A stretch of 64,000 nt of DNA from Octopus vulgaris (taxonomy: Eukaryota): NCBI GenBank assembly GCA_951406725.2, contig OX597819.1:59458001-59522000 (forward strand), in the 5' to 3' direction. Every line of letters starts with the position of its first letter. The stretch's first letter is position 1. This document shows positions 26,553-40,627 of the stretch, one piece after another. Below the pieces are notes generated by a model that was not told the DNA's origin, did no database searches, and saw nothing but the letters and a program-made list of their open reading frames with translations. The position numbers were made by a program, and so were the translations under genes.

Positions 26553-27506
26553 CAGTAATTCATCTATTAGATATTTGTGACCAACAATGCTGTTGTTCAC
26601 CAATTGGAATATAAAATAGAGTGCCAATTTCTAACTGTGGAGGGAACATGCGGAAGAGGTAGACCCAGGAAAATGTGAGACAAAGTTGTGAGAAAGAATC
26701 TACAGAGACTGGGACTCAGAAGGGATGACAAAGGACTGAGACTCCTGACAGTTTGCTGTGCTTCAATAAACATGTCAAGCTAAGTAAAAGTGTGGTTGCC
26801 CCTGCATCCAGGCTTGCACCCTAATCTTGTTGGCTCGTAGGTGCTGGTGCTATGTAAAAAAACACCCATGCTGGTGCTGCGTAAAAGCACCCAGTGTACT
26901 CTGTAAAGTAGTTGGCAATTGTAAGGGCATTCAGCCATAGAAACCATGCCAAAACAGACAGGGAGCCTAAACAGCCCTTCAGATGGCCAGCTTCTGTCAA
27001 ACTGTCCAACCCTTGTCATGGGCTTAATGTCCATGGAAAATGCCATCATTTAATATCCATGGAAAATGGACATTAGATAATGATGATGATGCTGATGATT
27101 CTTTTATTCTTTTATTTGTTCCAGTCATTTGACTGTGGCCATGCTGGAGCACCACCTTTAGTCGAGCAAATCAACCCCAGGACTTATTCTTTGTAAGCCT
27201 AGTACTTATTCTATCTGTCTCTCTTGCCAAACCGCTAAGTGACGGGGACATAAACACACCAGCATCGGTTGTCAAGTGATGTTGGGGGGGGGGACAAACA
27301 CAGACACATAAACATATACACACACGTACATACATACATATATATATATACGATGGGCTTCTTTCAGTTTCTGTCTACCAAATCCACTCACAAGGCTTTG
27401 GTCGGCCCGAGACTATAGTAGAAGACACTTGCTGAAGGTGTCACGCAGTGGGACTGAACCCGGAACCATGTGGTACGCAAGAAAACTACTTATCACACAG
27501 CCACTC

Positions 27507-27539
<33 letters not shown>

Positions 27540-28309
27540 CGAAAATAATATATGATCTCCCAACTATCTTTAGAAAGAGGAAACAAAAACTCAGAGTATA
27601 GACAAGTTGCCTATCAAACAAGAGAATGGTATTCATGACATCTTGGGCTTATGGATTATTTCTAAGTATTTCATTGGTTTCAACTGTAGCCCAAGTCTAA
27701 TGAAGCAGAGCTAATTGAGTTGATTCAACTACAACAACAACAACATCCTTATCGTTGTCGTCGTTGTTGTCATTGTCATCATGATTTTAATCCCCACTTT
27801 TCCATACTCGCATGAGTTGGACAGAGTTTGTTGAAGTGGGTAGTTTCTAAGGACAGATGCCCTTCCTGTTGCCAACCCTGGCCTGTTTCCAAGTAAGGTA
27901 GCAGTTTCCACGACCAGACATGTTTGGTCATGGAAGACTGGAAATGAAAGACACTACTTGCATGACAAGGCCACACATTTACAACTATCACGCAAAATCA
28001 AAGCAAGGAGACAGCAACACACACACACACATACACACACATACACACACATACAGACAGACAGATATATTATGAGAAGTACATGCAAGCCAGTGCTATC
28101 ACAATATAACAGTATTATAAAAGCTTTACAGTGACATAAATAAATTAGAGGAGGTCCACCAAGGGAAAATGATAGAAGTTAAATCAGCTTAGCTTCTTAC
28201 AGTTTCCATCCATTTGCAACACTTTGGATGCCTTGAGGCAATTGTAGAAGACACTTACCCAAAGGGCCACACTGTGGGACTGAAACCATGTGATTGGGAA
28301 GCAAGCGTC

Positions 28310-28812
28310 TTATTTCTTTATTGCCCACAAGGGGCTAAACATAGAGGGGACAAACAAGGACAGACAAAGGGATTAAGTTGATTACATTGACACCAGTGCG
28401 TAACTGGTACTTAATTTATCGACCCCAAAAGAATGAAAGACAAAGTTGACCTCAGCGGAATTTGAACTCGGAACGTAGCAGCAGACAAAATACTGCTAAG
28501 CATTTTGCCCGGCATGCTAATGTTTCTGCCAGCTCTCTGCCTTATTGGGAAGCAAGCTTCTTACCACACAAGCACGTTTGTGCTGACAATATATTTTCTT
28601 TTCTACTCTAAGCACAAAGCCCAAAATTTTGGGGGACGGAGCCAGTCAATTAGATTGACTCCAGTACGCAACTGGTACTTAATTTATCAACCCTGAAAGG
28701 ATGAAAGGCAAAGTCAACCTCAGTGGAATTTGAACTCAGAATGTAAAGACAGATGAAATATCGCTAAGCATTTCACCCAGCATGCTAATGTTTCTGCCAG
28801 CTTGCTGCTTTG
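28310..28812 (-). mobile_element. Two SINE family B copies (Nin-domain-like core)
   Basis: Core GCCTTTCATCCTTTCGGGGTCGATAAATTAAGTACCAG; many other copies (about 2960, 8350, 18310, 31610, 31910, 45350, 50440, 50760, 51415, 62620). Confidence 0.75.
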
Positions 28813-30351
28813 CCAACCATATATGTTCAAGTAAGAAATGTTAAGATTTTATTTTATTACATAACTTAGTAAGAGGAGGAATGAAAGACAGTGTCCATGA
28901 CACTATTCAAGGTCTTTAAAACTTGTGGGAGAAGAAAGGAGAAAGTTATCCTTAAGCTAGTGGCACCAACCTGAATGTCTTGAATAGAGTGTACATCAAC
29001 AAAAGCATGCTGGGCCAGGTGGTGGTGTTAAACCTGATGACAGAAATAGTTCCAGACGTACTGAAAAACCTTTACTGTTTAACTAAGTAGGTTGTTATCT
29101 GCTCTGGTTTACTTTAAGATGAACAAGGTTTACGATGAGAAAACAAAAAAAATCAGAGGAAACTTAATTGAAATTTCACAAAACCAGTTTTTGACTGACC
29201 TGCAAAACAACTTTATGATTAGATCAATTGACAAGCAGGTTGAATGATAGCACTTGAAGAAGCAACAGTAGTGTATTATATCAAAGGTAATCCCAGACTA
29301 GAAATATATTCTAAGTATTTCAATAAATTATTTCTGTTTCAGACGATTTTTTACAACAAAGGAAATTTTTGTTTTTTAAGATATAAAGTTACCTTACGCC
29401 TACATTTTTTGTTTATAGCTCATTCTAAGATTTTTGGAATGCACAAATTCTTTATCTATAATTTACCTGCAAATATTCTAGTTAAATATAAGCATAATTA
29501 AAGACAACAACAATAGCTCCTCACCATCATCATTACCTTCAACACAATTTCCAGTTTCCAAGCAACAGTTTTCATTTTCTCTCTCTAATGCCAACCATTG
29601 TGATGAAACAAGCAGAGTGAATCAATCCTACTATCATTATCTACAGGGCTATACAATTTCTTCACATAAGTGTTCCTTTCAACCAGCATTCTAGAGTATT
29701 CATTCTATCTCAGTTACCTTCATTATGGCTTGAAGACATACACACCTGTTTCATAAGAATGATTTATAGTTTGTGGGGTTAAAACCTTAGCATATGCAAC
29801 AACTGGCTAACATTTTTCTGTTTCCTATGTTGGTTCAATAGATTAGAAGTTCCAGCCATGTTGATATTCTTCAAAGGTGAAAAAATGATGCTAAGAAAAG
29901 CAAAAAAGAGAAAAGAATGTTATGAAATAAAAATTTCTGAACAAAAATGTGATAATCTTAAAAAGTAAACGCGAAAAAAAAAAAGAAAGTTTGTAAATTG
30001 ATGTTCATAAGTCTTGTTATAGAACAGAATTTTCTTACAGCTTTTTTATAAAAAAAATAATTCATGATTGTTATTTAACCCTAGGTCATATCTGAATGAA
30101 GAGATTTATGATGAAAGACATTCCAGCCGAGTCAAAATAATTTCACTATTCATGGTAATTAATATTGTCGTATTCTGGAATACAACACACAATAAGGAAA
30201 CTAAATATACTTGGCATTATGCAACAGACTACCAGCACCACCACAACTACCACTAGTGCCACGCCCACCTCATCACTGGATATAAGTGTTATGATAAAGT
30301 ACAAAGTCTGTTTATATAAGGGAGATAATTAATCATTTGAACTTAATTAAT

Positions 30352-31242
30352 CATTTTGCCGACGATATCAAACTGGTCGCTCCCCGCGGTGATATAGAGG
30401 ATCTTCGTCGATGCCTCCACCAAATTTGGAAGTGGTCTAACGAATGGGACCTGTGTCTGAACGTGTCAAAGTGCTGTCATCTGCCTGTTGGCTCTCCTCC
30501 TGCAACCCAACTTGATTTTGAGCCGGGTCGTCTGCTGCTGGAGAGGACCGATCAGGTAAAGGACCTGGGTATCTTGGTGGATTCCTCCTTTTCGCCTTCG
30601 GCCCAGTGCATCCATGCTGCCAACAAAGCACGTGGAATTCTGTTCTTGATTCGACGGTCATTCGGAATGCTCACAGCAGCCATATTCCTACCACTCTATG
30701 TCACGCTGGTGAAACCCATATTGGAGTACAGGATTCAAGCCTCTTCTCCTTATCTCCTCAAAGACATACAGCATCTCGAAAGAGTCCAGAAGCTGGCTAC
30801 CCGCATGGTTCATGGTCTCAAAAATTTGTCCTATGAAGAAAGGCTGAGGACACTCGACCTTTATTCTCTTGAAAAACGCCGCCACCGTGGTGATCTCATT
30901 GTCGCCCACAACATCATAAGCGGAAAGTGTAACCTCTCGAAAGAGCTGTTCTTCACTCCTGCTCCGGCGCGTCGGCTGCGGGGTCATTCCGAAAAGCTCT
31001 ACCTGCGACAATTTCATCTCAATCGAAGGAGAGGAGCTTTCTCCGTCCGGGTTGCGGATCCGTGGAACAAGCTGCCAGACGAGATGGTGAAGATGCCGAC
31101 GACTGCTTTGTTCAAAGCCTCCCTTGACCTCAAGTGGCCTGAACTCTTTACATGAACACCACCCTGTACTTAATTCCATGTCCCCCTACATGGCCTTGCT
31201 ATTTGCTTTTGAGCCAAATTAACTAACTAACTAACTAACTAA
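30352..31242 (+). mobile_element. 5'-truncated CR1/L2-group LINE (RT C-terminal half, open frame)
   Basis: FADDIKL, KDLGILVD, LERVQKLATRMV, YEERL...LYSLEKRR motifs; (TAAC)n tail. Confidence 0.92.
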
Positions 31243-32289
31243 TGTTTAATTTGTTCAGTTTATCAAACCCCTGAAAATCTTGAACTCAAAGACCAGAAGT
31301 ATGACGCTAAGAACTGTGATGCGTTTAATCTGAAGCTCAGGTGACTTCTCCATTATTACTTTCCTAAAAGCCATAATCATAATATTGGTTTCTGAAATAG
31401 GCACAAGGTCAGTAATTTTAAGGGGATGGAGACCAGGTAATATCATTCACACCAGTACTTGATTCTATTGACCTAAAAAGGACGACAGGTAAAACTGACC
31501 TCAGCAGGATATGAATACAGAATATAAAGAGAATGGAACAAAACTACAGGATATTTTGTCCAACTCTTGTAACAGTTTTGCCATCTTGTCACATTAATCA
31601 TCATCATAATCTTTTCTACTATAGGTACAAGACTTGGAATTTTGGGGGAGGGGGCCAGTCAATTTGATCGACCCCAGTACACATCTGGTACTTAATTTAT
31701 CAACACTGAAAGGCAAAGTGAACCTCGGTGGAATTTGAACTCAGAGCGTAGCGACAGGCGAAACACCACTAAGCATTTCGTCCAGCATGCTAACGATTCT
31801 GCCAGCTTGCTGCCTTTTTAATTATCATTAAAATAATGATGATACTTGCTCATATTAATACGTGGTTAAAAATGTATAGTTTAGTTGTAGAAGAAAGAGC
31901 AGTGTCCATATTCTTTTCTATTCATGGCGCAAGGCCCAAAACTTTTAGGGAGGGGGCCAGTCAATTAGATTGACTCCAGTATGCAACTGGTACTTAATTT
32001 ATCAACCCCATAAAGATGAACAGCAAAGTCGACCTCGGCAGAATTTTAACTGAGGACGTAAAGACAGACAAAATACCACTAAGCATTTCGCCCGGTGTGC
32101 TAAAATTTCTGCCAGCTCACTGCCTTAGAGCAGTGTCCATATTGTAAGCACTTTCAGACTGGTGCAGTCCATGTCTAAATTGAATTTCCCTAAGTTGATG
32201 CTAGTAGAGAAAAAATATATAAAAAAGGAGGGGGTTTTAGACAGCTGTATTTCTGAGTTTCTGAGGAGAATGGACTGACTAAAGTATTT

Positions 32290-32322
<33 letters not shown>

Positions 32323-32772
32323 ACGTGTGTGTGGTAGTGATGGGAGACTAATTTAGATTCCTTTAAAACTTTAAAACAGGATGTTTATATTATAGATCTA
32401 GGACAGTCTTAGGCAGGTTGGTATTTAAATGGTTAAAATGCCATCTGAAGAATATATGGTTAAATTCTTTCAGGTTTAAGAGTAGTTGGGAGCAGTTGTT
32501 GTTTAGCCCTAGGTAAATCTTGATCATCTATCCATGACATACTCATCCTTTTTTCTTTCTTTCAGATATACAACTTATCTAGAACTACATTACCAAGAAT
32601 GTCCTTCATTTTGCTAAGAATGTAAGGTTTGACTTAAAAGAAATTTGCCTGTTGTTTCTAACAATCAAACAAAGGAACCTCTACATAATTGCTCAATCTG
32701 TTAGAAATAAAAACTAGATCTCCAAAGTGATGTTGGAGGGACAAATATAGACACACAAACATATACACGCAC

Positions 32773-32818
<46 letters not shown>

Positions 32819-33100
32819 CGGGCTTCTTTCAGTTTCTGTCTACCAAATCCACTTACAAGGTTCTGTTCGGCCTGAGGCTATAGTAGAAAACACTTACCCA
32901 AGGTGTCATGCAGTGGGACTGAACCTGGAACCATGTGGTTGGTAAGCAAGCTACTTACCACACAGACACTCCTGCACCTATGTTTATTGTTATTGTTTTC
33001 CTAATTGTTTGTTCATTGTTTTTTGTAAAACCCCATTGTCTCCATCTACTGTATTGTCCCCTATATGTTGGCCCTGGTGGCCAATAAATGAAATAATAAT

Positions 33101-33170
<70 letters not shown>

Positions 33171-33379
33171 GTTTTGTGTACAGATATCATGCCACTTCCT
33201 CCTTCAATGCAAAGCATGAAATGTATGCCTAAGATAAATGAAAAAAAACATTAATGCAAATAACAAACCTACTTTTGATATAAGTCTTTCCTTCTTATGA
33301 GAGATAGCAGGAAAGAGGATACAAATATGTATAGAACATTACATGTGCGTGTGTTCGTGTGTCTATCTATCTATCTATC

Positions 33380-33410
<31 letters not shown>

Positions 33411-33917
33411 TTATCTATTTATCTATTTATCTATAAATGCATACACACACACACACACATTCATACATATAGGCGCAGGAGTGGCTTGCTTACGAACCAC
33501 ATGATTCCGGGTTCATTCTTACTGCATGGCACCTTGGGCAAGTGTCTTCTGCTATAGCCTCGGGCTGACCAAAGCCTTGTGTGTGGATTTGGTAGATGGA
33601 AACTGAAAGAAGCTTGTCATATGTGTATATATATGTGTGTGTGTATATGTTTGTGTGTCTGTTTGTCCCCCCAACATCGCTTGACAACTGATGCCGGTGT
33701 GTTTACGTCCCCATAACTTAGTGGTTCAGTAAAAGAGACCGATAGAATAAGTACTAGGCTTTCAATGTCCTGGGATCGATTTGCATGGCTGCAGTCAAAT
33801 GACTGAAGCAAGTAAAAGAGTAAAGAGTGTACCAGAACCAGAATGTACATTCCTGAATGATGGATCTTTTACTGATCTCTTGTGATTGAAAGTCTTTAAG
33901 GCATTTGTTTCTCTCTA

Positions 33918-34400
33918 TCATCATCATCATCATCATCATCATTTAACGTCCGTTTTCCATGCTAGCATGGGTTGGACGGTTCGACCGGAGTCTGGTATGT
34001 CATGGAGGCTGCACCAGGCTCTAGTCTGATTTGGCAGTGTTTCTACAGCTGAATGCCCTTCCTAACGCCAACCACTCCGTGAGTGTAGTGGGTGTTTTTA
34101 CATGCCACCAGCACAGGGGCCAGAGCAGGCTGGCAAACGACCACGATCGGATGGTGCTTTTACGTGTCACTGACACGGATGCCAGTCAGGTGGCACTGGC
34201 ATCTGCCACGTTCAGACAGTGCTTTTTACATGTCACCAGCACAGGTGTCTTAACTACAATTTCCATTTGATTTTTATCTGGCATCTGCCACGTTCAGACG
34301 GTGCTTTTTACTTGTCACTGGCACGGGTGTCTTAACTACAATTAACATTTGATTTTTATTTTAATGTTGACGTACTTGACTCAATAGGTCTCCTCAAGAA
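33918..34400 (-). mobile_element. SINE family C with tandem units
   Basis: Family tail and repeated GTGCTTTT(T)ACGTGTCAC units. Confidence 0.7.
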
Positions 34401-34669
34401 CAGCATGTCACTCGACGATCCAAGGTTAGCACAACAGGCCGTTCTGCAAGCCATGAACTTACTTCATTTGTCGGGTCTTCACAGGCACAGAATATCTCAG
34501 GGGTCTCGGTCTTTGTCATTTCCTCTGTGAGGCCCTACGTGCCACTTACTCTTAGTACCAGTTTTGAAGAGTGCAGTTCAATTTCAACAGTTCTTTTTGT
34601 TTTAACCTATAACAGAAGTAACAAAGGAGCATGTTCGGCATATTTTGTTTTAAGAGGTCAATAAAGACA

Positions 34670-34951
34670 ATGACACAATGGAAAGTGCAAGGAATATTAT
34701 ACCGTATATAAGCATAAGCCAGTGTCTTCAAAATCATTTGGATGGAAAAAATATGAATTTTGTAGACAAGATCAGAACATTACTGGAGAAGTGAATTTTG
34801 AAAGAAGGGCCTTACAAGTCTACCAGATAGATGGAAGAGCACTATAGAAAATGAAGGAGAGTATATTTTAGACAAAAAAAAAATGCTTATCTTAATTTTG
34901 GAAAATAATAGCAGTATTAAAGAACCACATTATTTATGGGATCACCCAATA
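34670..34951 (+). mobile_element. Mariner transposase C-terminal remnant with TIR
   Basis: GLTSLPDRWKSTIENEGEYILD, then TTATGGGATCACCCAATA. Confidence 0.7.
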
Positions 34952-34959
34952 TGTATATA

Positions 34960-35524
34960 TTGGGTTGTCCGGAAACTTTGTGCTGATTTTTAAAGGAAAG
35001 AAAAGGTCAATAAATACTTGCCATTACATTTTTAATCAACCAAATATGAAACATTTTGTTGCACAATGCGTCTCCATCTTTCCTTTAACTTGAAAATACC
35101 CTCTTCCCAGAATTGAGGTGGTTTCATGGCAAAGAATTCATCAAGGTATCTTTTTACGTCATCCAAGGAATTGAAATTTTTACCATTAAGACTATTCTGC
35201 AGAGACCTGAATATGTGGAAATCTGAAGGAGCAATATCTGGTGAATATGGAGGGTTGGGTATCACATCCTAGCCGAGCTGCGGCAATTTTTGTCTGGTTC
35301 CCAAAGCATCAAGTGCCAAAAATGAACTTTCTTATCTTCCATTTTAAAGGGTTACAAAATTAACAAAAGTTATAGGAACATAAACCTTCTTCCAAGAAAA
35401 GATAGCTGAAACTGTGCTCTAAATGAAGGTGTAGTCAAATCCTATTTTATGGGCTCAACCATGTTCTAAAATAAGTCGAAAGGTAAGCTACTATAAATCG
35501 GCACAAACATTCTGGACAACCCAA
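34960..35524 (-). mobile_element. Internally deleted mariner element
   Basis: TIRs TTGGGTTGTCCGGAA / TTCTGGACAACCCAA, TA TSD; ORF PPYSPDIAPSDFHIFRSLQN. Confidence 0.93.
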
Positions 35525-35528
35525 TATA

Positions 35529-35563
<35 letters not shown>

Positions 35564-35759
35564 GAATATATGTGTGTGTGTGTTTGTATGCAAACTTTAC
35601 ACACACATACATACATACATACATACATACATACATACATACATACATACATACATACACACATACATACATACATACATACATACATACATACACACAC
35701 ATACACATACATACATACATACATACATACATACATACATACATACATACATACATACA

Positions 35760-35792
<33 letters not shown>

Positions 35793-36649
35793 GAGGGGTG
35801 CTGAATAGTTTCTGGATTTGGGTAAAAGAAAATACAGGAGGATCAGTTAATTATGATTTTATTCAACATATTCCCTTCTCAGACTCACACACTTATTGCA
35901 GTGATCCTTCAGTTTTTCAGAGCCCTGTAAAAGAATTTGGAAGTTTGATCTTCCAGCCAGGCCTTTCACAATACCCTTAAAGCCAGGAACTTCTTATATT
36001 AGCACATTTCTATAAAGCTGCAAATCTGAGAAACATAGAAAAAAGCAGAATTTACTGGATATAACTGGTACTGGTACTTATTCGTCAACTACTGAGAGAT
36101 GAAAGGCAGAATCAAGCAAAGCAGAACTTAAACTCAAAGCACAAAACGATGTAATCAAATACTGTAACGTTATCTAAGTAAGCAATCTACTATTTCTACT
36201 TCTTCACAAGATATATATTGGTGTGTTGAGACAATTGACATCCTATGTGCAGAGTCTTCATATTCTGGTATGTAAAAGAAAAACATTATTCCTTGTGGCT
36301 TAATGGCAATTAAAGAAATTCTGACAATGAATTACTAGGAGTTATTGCCAGGAATGTTTTCAACAAGCAAACCCAAAGATCCAGTTTTTGTTATGTACTG
36401 TTGGTAACACATATATGCGTATAGTCTTTTTACTACTATTTACTATATATTGTACTTTATTGAATTTTAGAATAAGGTTTTTTTATAGCATGTTTTCTTT
36501 ATGGTGTGAATAACGTCTTTATTGAATTGTTTAATAGAGGTTTTTCTCTAAATTACATACATATATTATGTATTGTGAAATTTGATTTAAAATTGTTAAA
36601 TTGAATTTTTCCCTGTAAGTTTTGGAATTATATTCCGTACTATTATTGT

Positions 36650-36685
<36 letters not shown>

Positions 36686-36947
36686 TGCACACACATGTAT
36701 GTATGTGTATATATATATATATTACAGAGATGTACTTGCATAGCAAGTGACTTGATCTGAGATCATGTGCTGGAACGAAAACAATTGCAGCGTGGAAGTT
36801 TGATCTTCCAGCTAGGCCTTTCACAATACCCTTAAAGCCAGGAACTTCTTATATTAGCAGAACTTCAATAATAGTAGGGAATATAATTCCAAAACTTACA
36901 GGGAAAAATTCAATTTAACAATTTTAAATCAAATTTCACAATACATA

Positions 36948-37183
36948 ATAAGCCATTTAAGAAACACACAAAAACTATTAGATTCACTTCAACATTTAAA
37001 TTTAATTTGTCAAAATATTTTCGTCACTTTGAGACCGCAGCCTGTTCACTGACAAATCTTTGATGCAGCACGAAGTTTTGTCAGTGAACAGGTCACAGTC
37101 TCAAAACGACGAAAATATTTTGACAAATTAAATTTAAATGTTGTAGTGAATCTAATGGTTTTTGTGTTTCTTAAATGGCTTAT
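36948..37183. repeat. Inverted repeat (~108-bp arms) within a (TA)n-flanked element (36726-37206)
   Basis: 36948-37056 vs 37077-37183; older related fold-back at about 49817-50103. Confidence 0.9.
37077..37127 (+). ncRNA. Minimal hammerhead with G3-C8 swapped core (copy on minus strand at about 37005-37056)
   Basis: Stem I TTTGTCA/TGACAAA (7 bp); core GTGAACA; stem II GTC/GAC; GAAA; ATAT loop; U16.1, U17. Confidence 0.6.
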
Positions 37184-37329
37184 AAACATCTCCCACACTG
37201 CAAATATTTATATATATATATATATATATATTCAGCAGCATCACTGCTAAGCAGTGTTTAGACACAAGCAAACTTTAGGTTAGTTAAAATATGTTTATGA
37301 CATATTTCAACTTCTAAAGACAATACAAT

Positions 37330-39095
37330 AGGGTATTAGGTAACAATCCTATTATATAACCTTACGCTCATCAGAGTTAGCTGATACAGAAGGGAATATG
37401 GTAACTGCTCTCCATTGTCAGAGGTGGATTAATACAACCTGTCAGCAGCTGCTGTGGAAAAGGGTGGTGAAACGAAAAAGGGCCAGGGGATTAGGTTAGA
37501 AATTATGCCCCTTGGTGAGTATGCTGCGAGGCTAGTAAGAGTTATCTTAAAGTGTTTGTGGTAGAAGTGTGCATAATTAAGAGTGGTGCTCCTGTGGGGA
37601 TGGCTTGTGTGATATGTGTAGTGGTGTCATGTGCATAATTTTTTCCAGAGTTTTAAGTGTATATGGCTGTGTTCATTGGTCTGTTTTCTTTATGTAAATG
37701 ATAAGGTTGTGGAGGTGGGGTTATGTTAGTGTGCTGTATATAATGTGTGTGCCTGTGTATATGTGTGGGGGATACAATGTGTGTGAAAGTGTATATGTTG
37801 GCGTTGGTAGGAGATAGTCTATTGTGTGGGGTGTCTGCTTTGCAGGTGCATGTGTGTGTGTGTGCATGTGTGTGTGTGTGCATGGGTGCATTGGTGTGTG
37901 CTTTGGTTAAACTCTTTGCCAGGCCCGAGGGCATTGGTGGAAGGTTGAGGCCAGGGACCTGTGGTTGCAATCAAGTTGGAGTGTGCAGGTATGATAGGAT
38001 GTACTTGCTTTTATGTGGGCAAGGATTAAACACCTCACTCCTGCTATTCAGGTAAACATCCGGGTGTTGAGTACCCTTTAAAATGGCTCGCTTCTCAGTC
38101 AGGCATAGCCTGCACTTCCTGCTGCTATTGAAGAATGGCTTGCATTTTTCCAGGATCTTCCATTTTATGCTGTACTCTGTGGTGCTTTCTTTCAAAGACC
38201 AAATGTGCTTGGCTAAGGCTGTTGCTTTACATCTCTCTGGGATGTTGAAGAAGGACTTGTTGTTATTTAAAGTAGGTTCTGAAGAGGCCTTCCATTGTCC
38301 TTCATGTACTTCCACATGCTCGGTTGTCCATTTGGTCCAGTGGCTGTTACTTCTGCCTCATATATTAGTCTCCATGTTGCAGTAGCCATTCAGTGGACAA
38401 GTTATGTTACCCCTGCATCCTGCCTTTGCTTCGGGTGTGAGCCTACCTACTAAAATCTTTTTTACACTAGGTGCACAGCTAAAGAATAGTCTCAGGGTAT
38501 GTCTATTAAATATTTTATTGTATCTATTAGTATGGGAGAAATGCCTATTAACTAAACTAAGGAAGATCTTACTACTCCTGTCTTAACGTTTAAAGAGAAG
38601 GGTGGTATGAATCACTGCACTTTCCTACAGTGCCTTCCCTTATTGGGGTTAGGGTCTGGCATGTAACCAATACTATCCTTGAAACCACTGACAGCCAAAG
38701 CTCGGTTGTGGTATAAGGCAGCAGCATCAATGATCTCTTTGCTTGAAGATAAACTGGAGATTCTCCTGCTGACACCCTTAACCAGGTTCCTGAACACTAT
38801 GGCTGGATGGTAGGAACCTGTGTTAAAGTAAGACAGCTTCACATTTGGTTCCCTAAAGGGCCTATAAATGCCAGATTCCAGGTCCAGAGTCACATCAAGG
38901 AAATCTACCGTTTTCAGGTTGGTCTTTATCGTGACCTTCAGTCCAAGGGAGTTCATGGTGAGGTCTTTTCTGAGCCAATCTAGCAGATGACCAGCGCGGC
39001 ATCTCTGTAGAGTCCAAAGCTAGTTGAAGGGAATTTCTTTTTAAGTGTATCTAGTATGAAAAGACCGACTGGGTGAAAGTGACTGGATCTGTGGA
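37330..39095 (-). mobile_element. Degenerate Penelope-like element, Naiad-like (RT C-terminus plus GIY-YIG)
   Basis: GLYRD, VDFLDVTLDL, FIPPFSLNVKT, KIFNR, CPLNGYC, IKWKILEK, CRLCLTEK, LNSRSE..CPHK; frameshifts. Confidence 0.85.
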
Positions 39096-39104
39096 GCATA
39101 AAGA

Positions 39105-39772
39105 ATTAGATTCTTCACAACAACAGTGCACTCTGTCACTGAGCTCTATTCACTCATGAGTTTCTTGCCAAAAACAACATAGTATATCTCCCACACCCAC
39201 CCTATTCTCCAGATTTAGCATCTGTGGACTTCCATTTCTTCCCCATGATGAAAATGCAACTCAAATGTCACTGTTTTAACATCGTTGTTGAGATCCAGAA
39301 TGCATTTCAGAAGGTCCTTGACTCACAGAAAAAGACTTTCAGGCCAGATTCCAAAAGTGGCAGGAATGCTGGGACCGGTGTATTGCTGTGCAAGGTGACT
39401 ATTTTGAAGGAGATGATGTTAAAACTTAGGTAAATAAGTTATATTTTACATTATTTACATTTGACGGATATTTGTCCTCATCTTGTTTGTTGTTAACACG
39501 TTTCGGCTGATATACCCTCCAGCCTTCTTCAGGTGTCTTGGGGAAATTTTGAACCTGGGTTCTCATTCCAAAGGTATTTCTCCAAGACACCTGAATAAGG
39601 CTGGAGGGTATATCAGCCAAAACGTTGTGTTAACAAGATACAAGATGAGGACAAATATCCATCGAAAATTAAATAATGTAAATAATATACAGAATTCCTC
39701 ATCTCTTAAATATAGAAGTCATTTTTTATTGAACGTGACTAGTCCAGAGACTTTTTTATACCACACTGTATA
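39105..39772 (+). mobile_element. Mariner remnant interrupted by a PLE fold-back
   Basis: LPHPPYSPDLASVDFHFFP motif; TIR-like end at about 39740-39772. Confidence 0.75.
39445..39681. repeat. Inverted pair of PLE terminal repeats, each with a mutated minimal HHR
   Basis: 39445-39542 vs 39582-39681; cores CTGAAGA (-) and CTGAATA (+). Confidence 0.88.
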
Positions 39773-40573
39773 CTAATCAAAGCACACAGTTATAAAGATC
39801 TGTTACAGCCAATCATGCTTATTGATTTTGCATTGAGTATTAAACTGGATGTTAGATAACAGTACGGTTAAGTAATAGTATGCAACCATAACAGATATAT
39901 GATACTATGCACTTTGATTGATATATACACACTGCTGAGGAGAGAGCAAGTGAGGTGGACAGGCCACCTTGTTGAAAGCCTGACACATGACTCCTCAAAA
40001 GACAGCTTTACAGTGAACTAGCAGAATGAAAGTGCACACAAGTTGGATGGGAAAAGTACTTCAAGGGTACACTCAAAACCTTGCTGAAGAGCTTTGAGAT
40101 CAACCACAAGACATGGGAAAGGCAAGTGCCAGATTGCCCTGCCAGGTGATGCTACCCCAATAGAGGTGCCACCTTCTACAAACATAACAAGATTGCAGGA
40201 GCACAAAGAGAACACAAACTGCACAAATCCAGAGCCAACTCCTCACCTTCAGACCCAGCAGAGCACCAGTGCCTGACCTGCAAGGGAGCTTTGAGAGTAT
40301 GCATTAGACTGATCAGTCTCAGCCAGTCCAGCATGATCCTTCTTTTTGTCCCATGTAATGTCCTTGGTCATCATCAACAGTCACAAATTAATAATATGGC
40401 TGTGTGGTAAGAAGCTTGCTGCCCAGCCACATGGTTCTGGGTTCAGTCCTACAGCATGGCACCTTGGGCAAGTGTCTTCTACTATAGCCTTGTGAGTGGA
40501 TTTGGTAGATGGAAACTGAAAGAAGCACATCATGTATGTGTATATATATATATATATACACACACACATATGT

Positions 40574-40627
<54 letters not shown>

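Noticed and set aside
37285-37375. Hammerhead at the Naiad 3' end (CTGATGAG...GAAATATGTC on minus strand)
   Set aside because: Could not build convincing stems I and II
37971-38640. Selenocysteine recoding in the Naiad-like PLE
   Set aside because: The TGA at 38612-38614 replaces a conserved Trp (WFxPP), not Cys; the visible zinc-binding Cys codons are TGY; the copy is frameshifted
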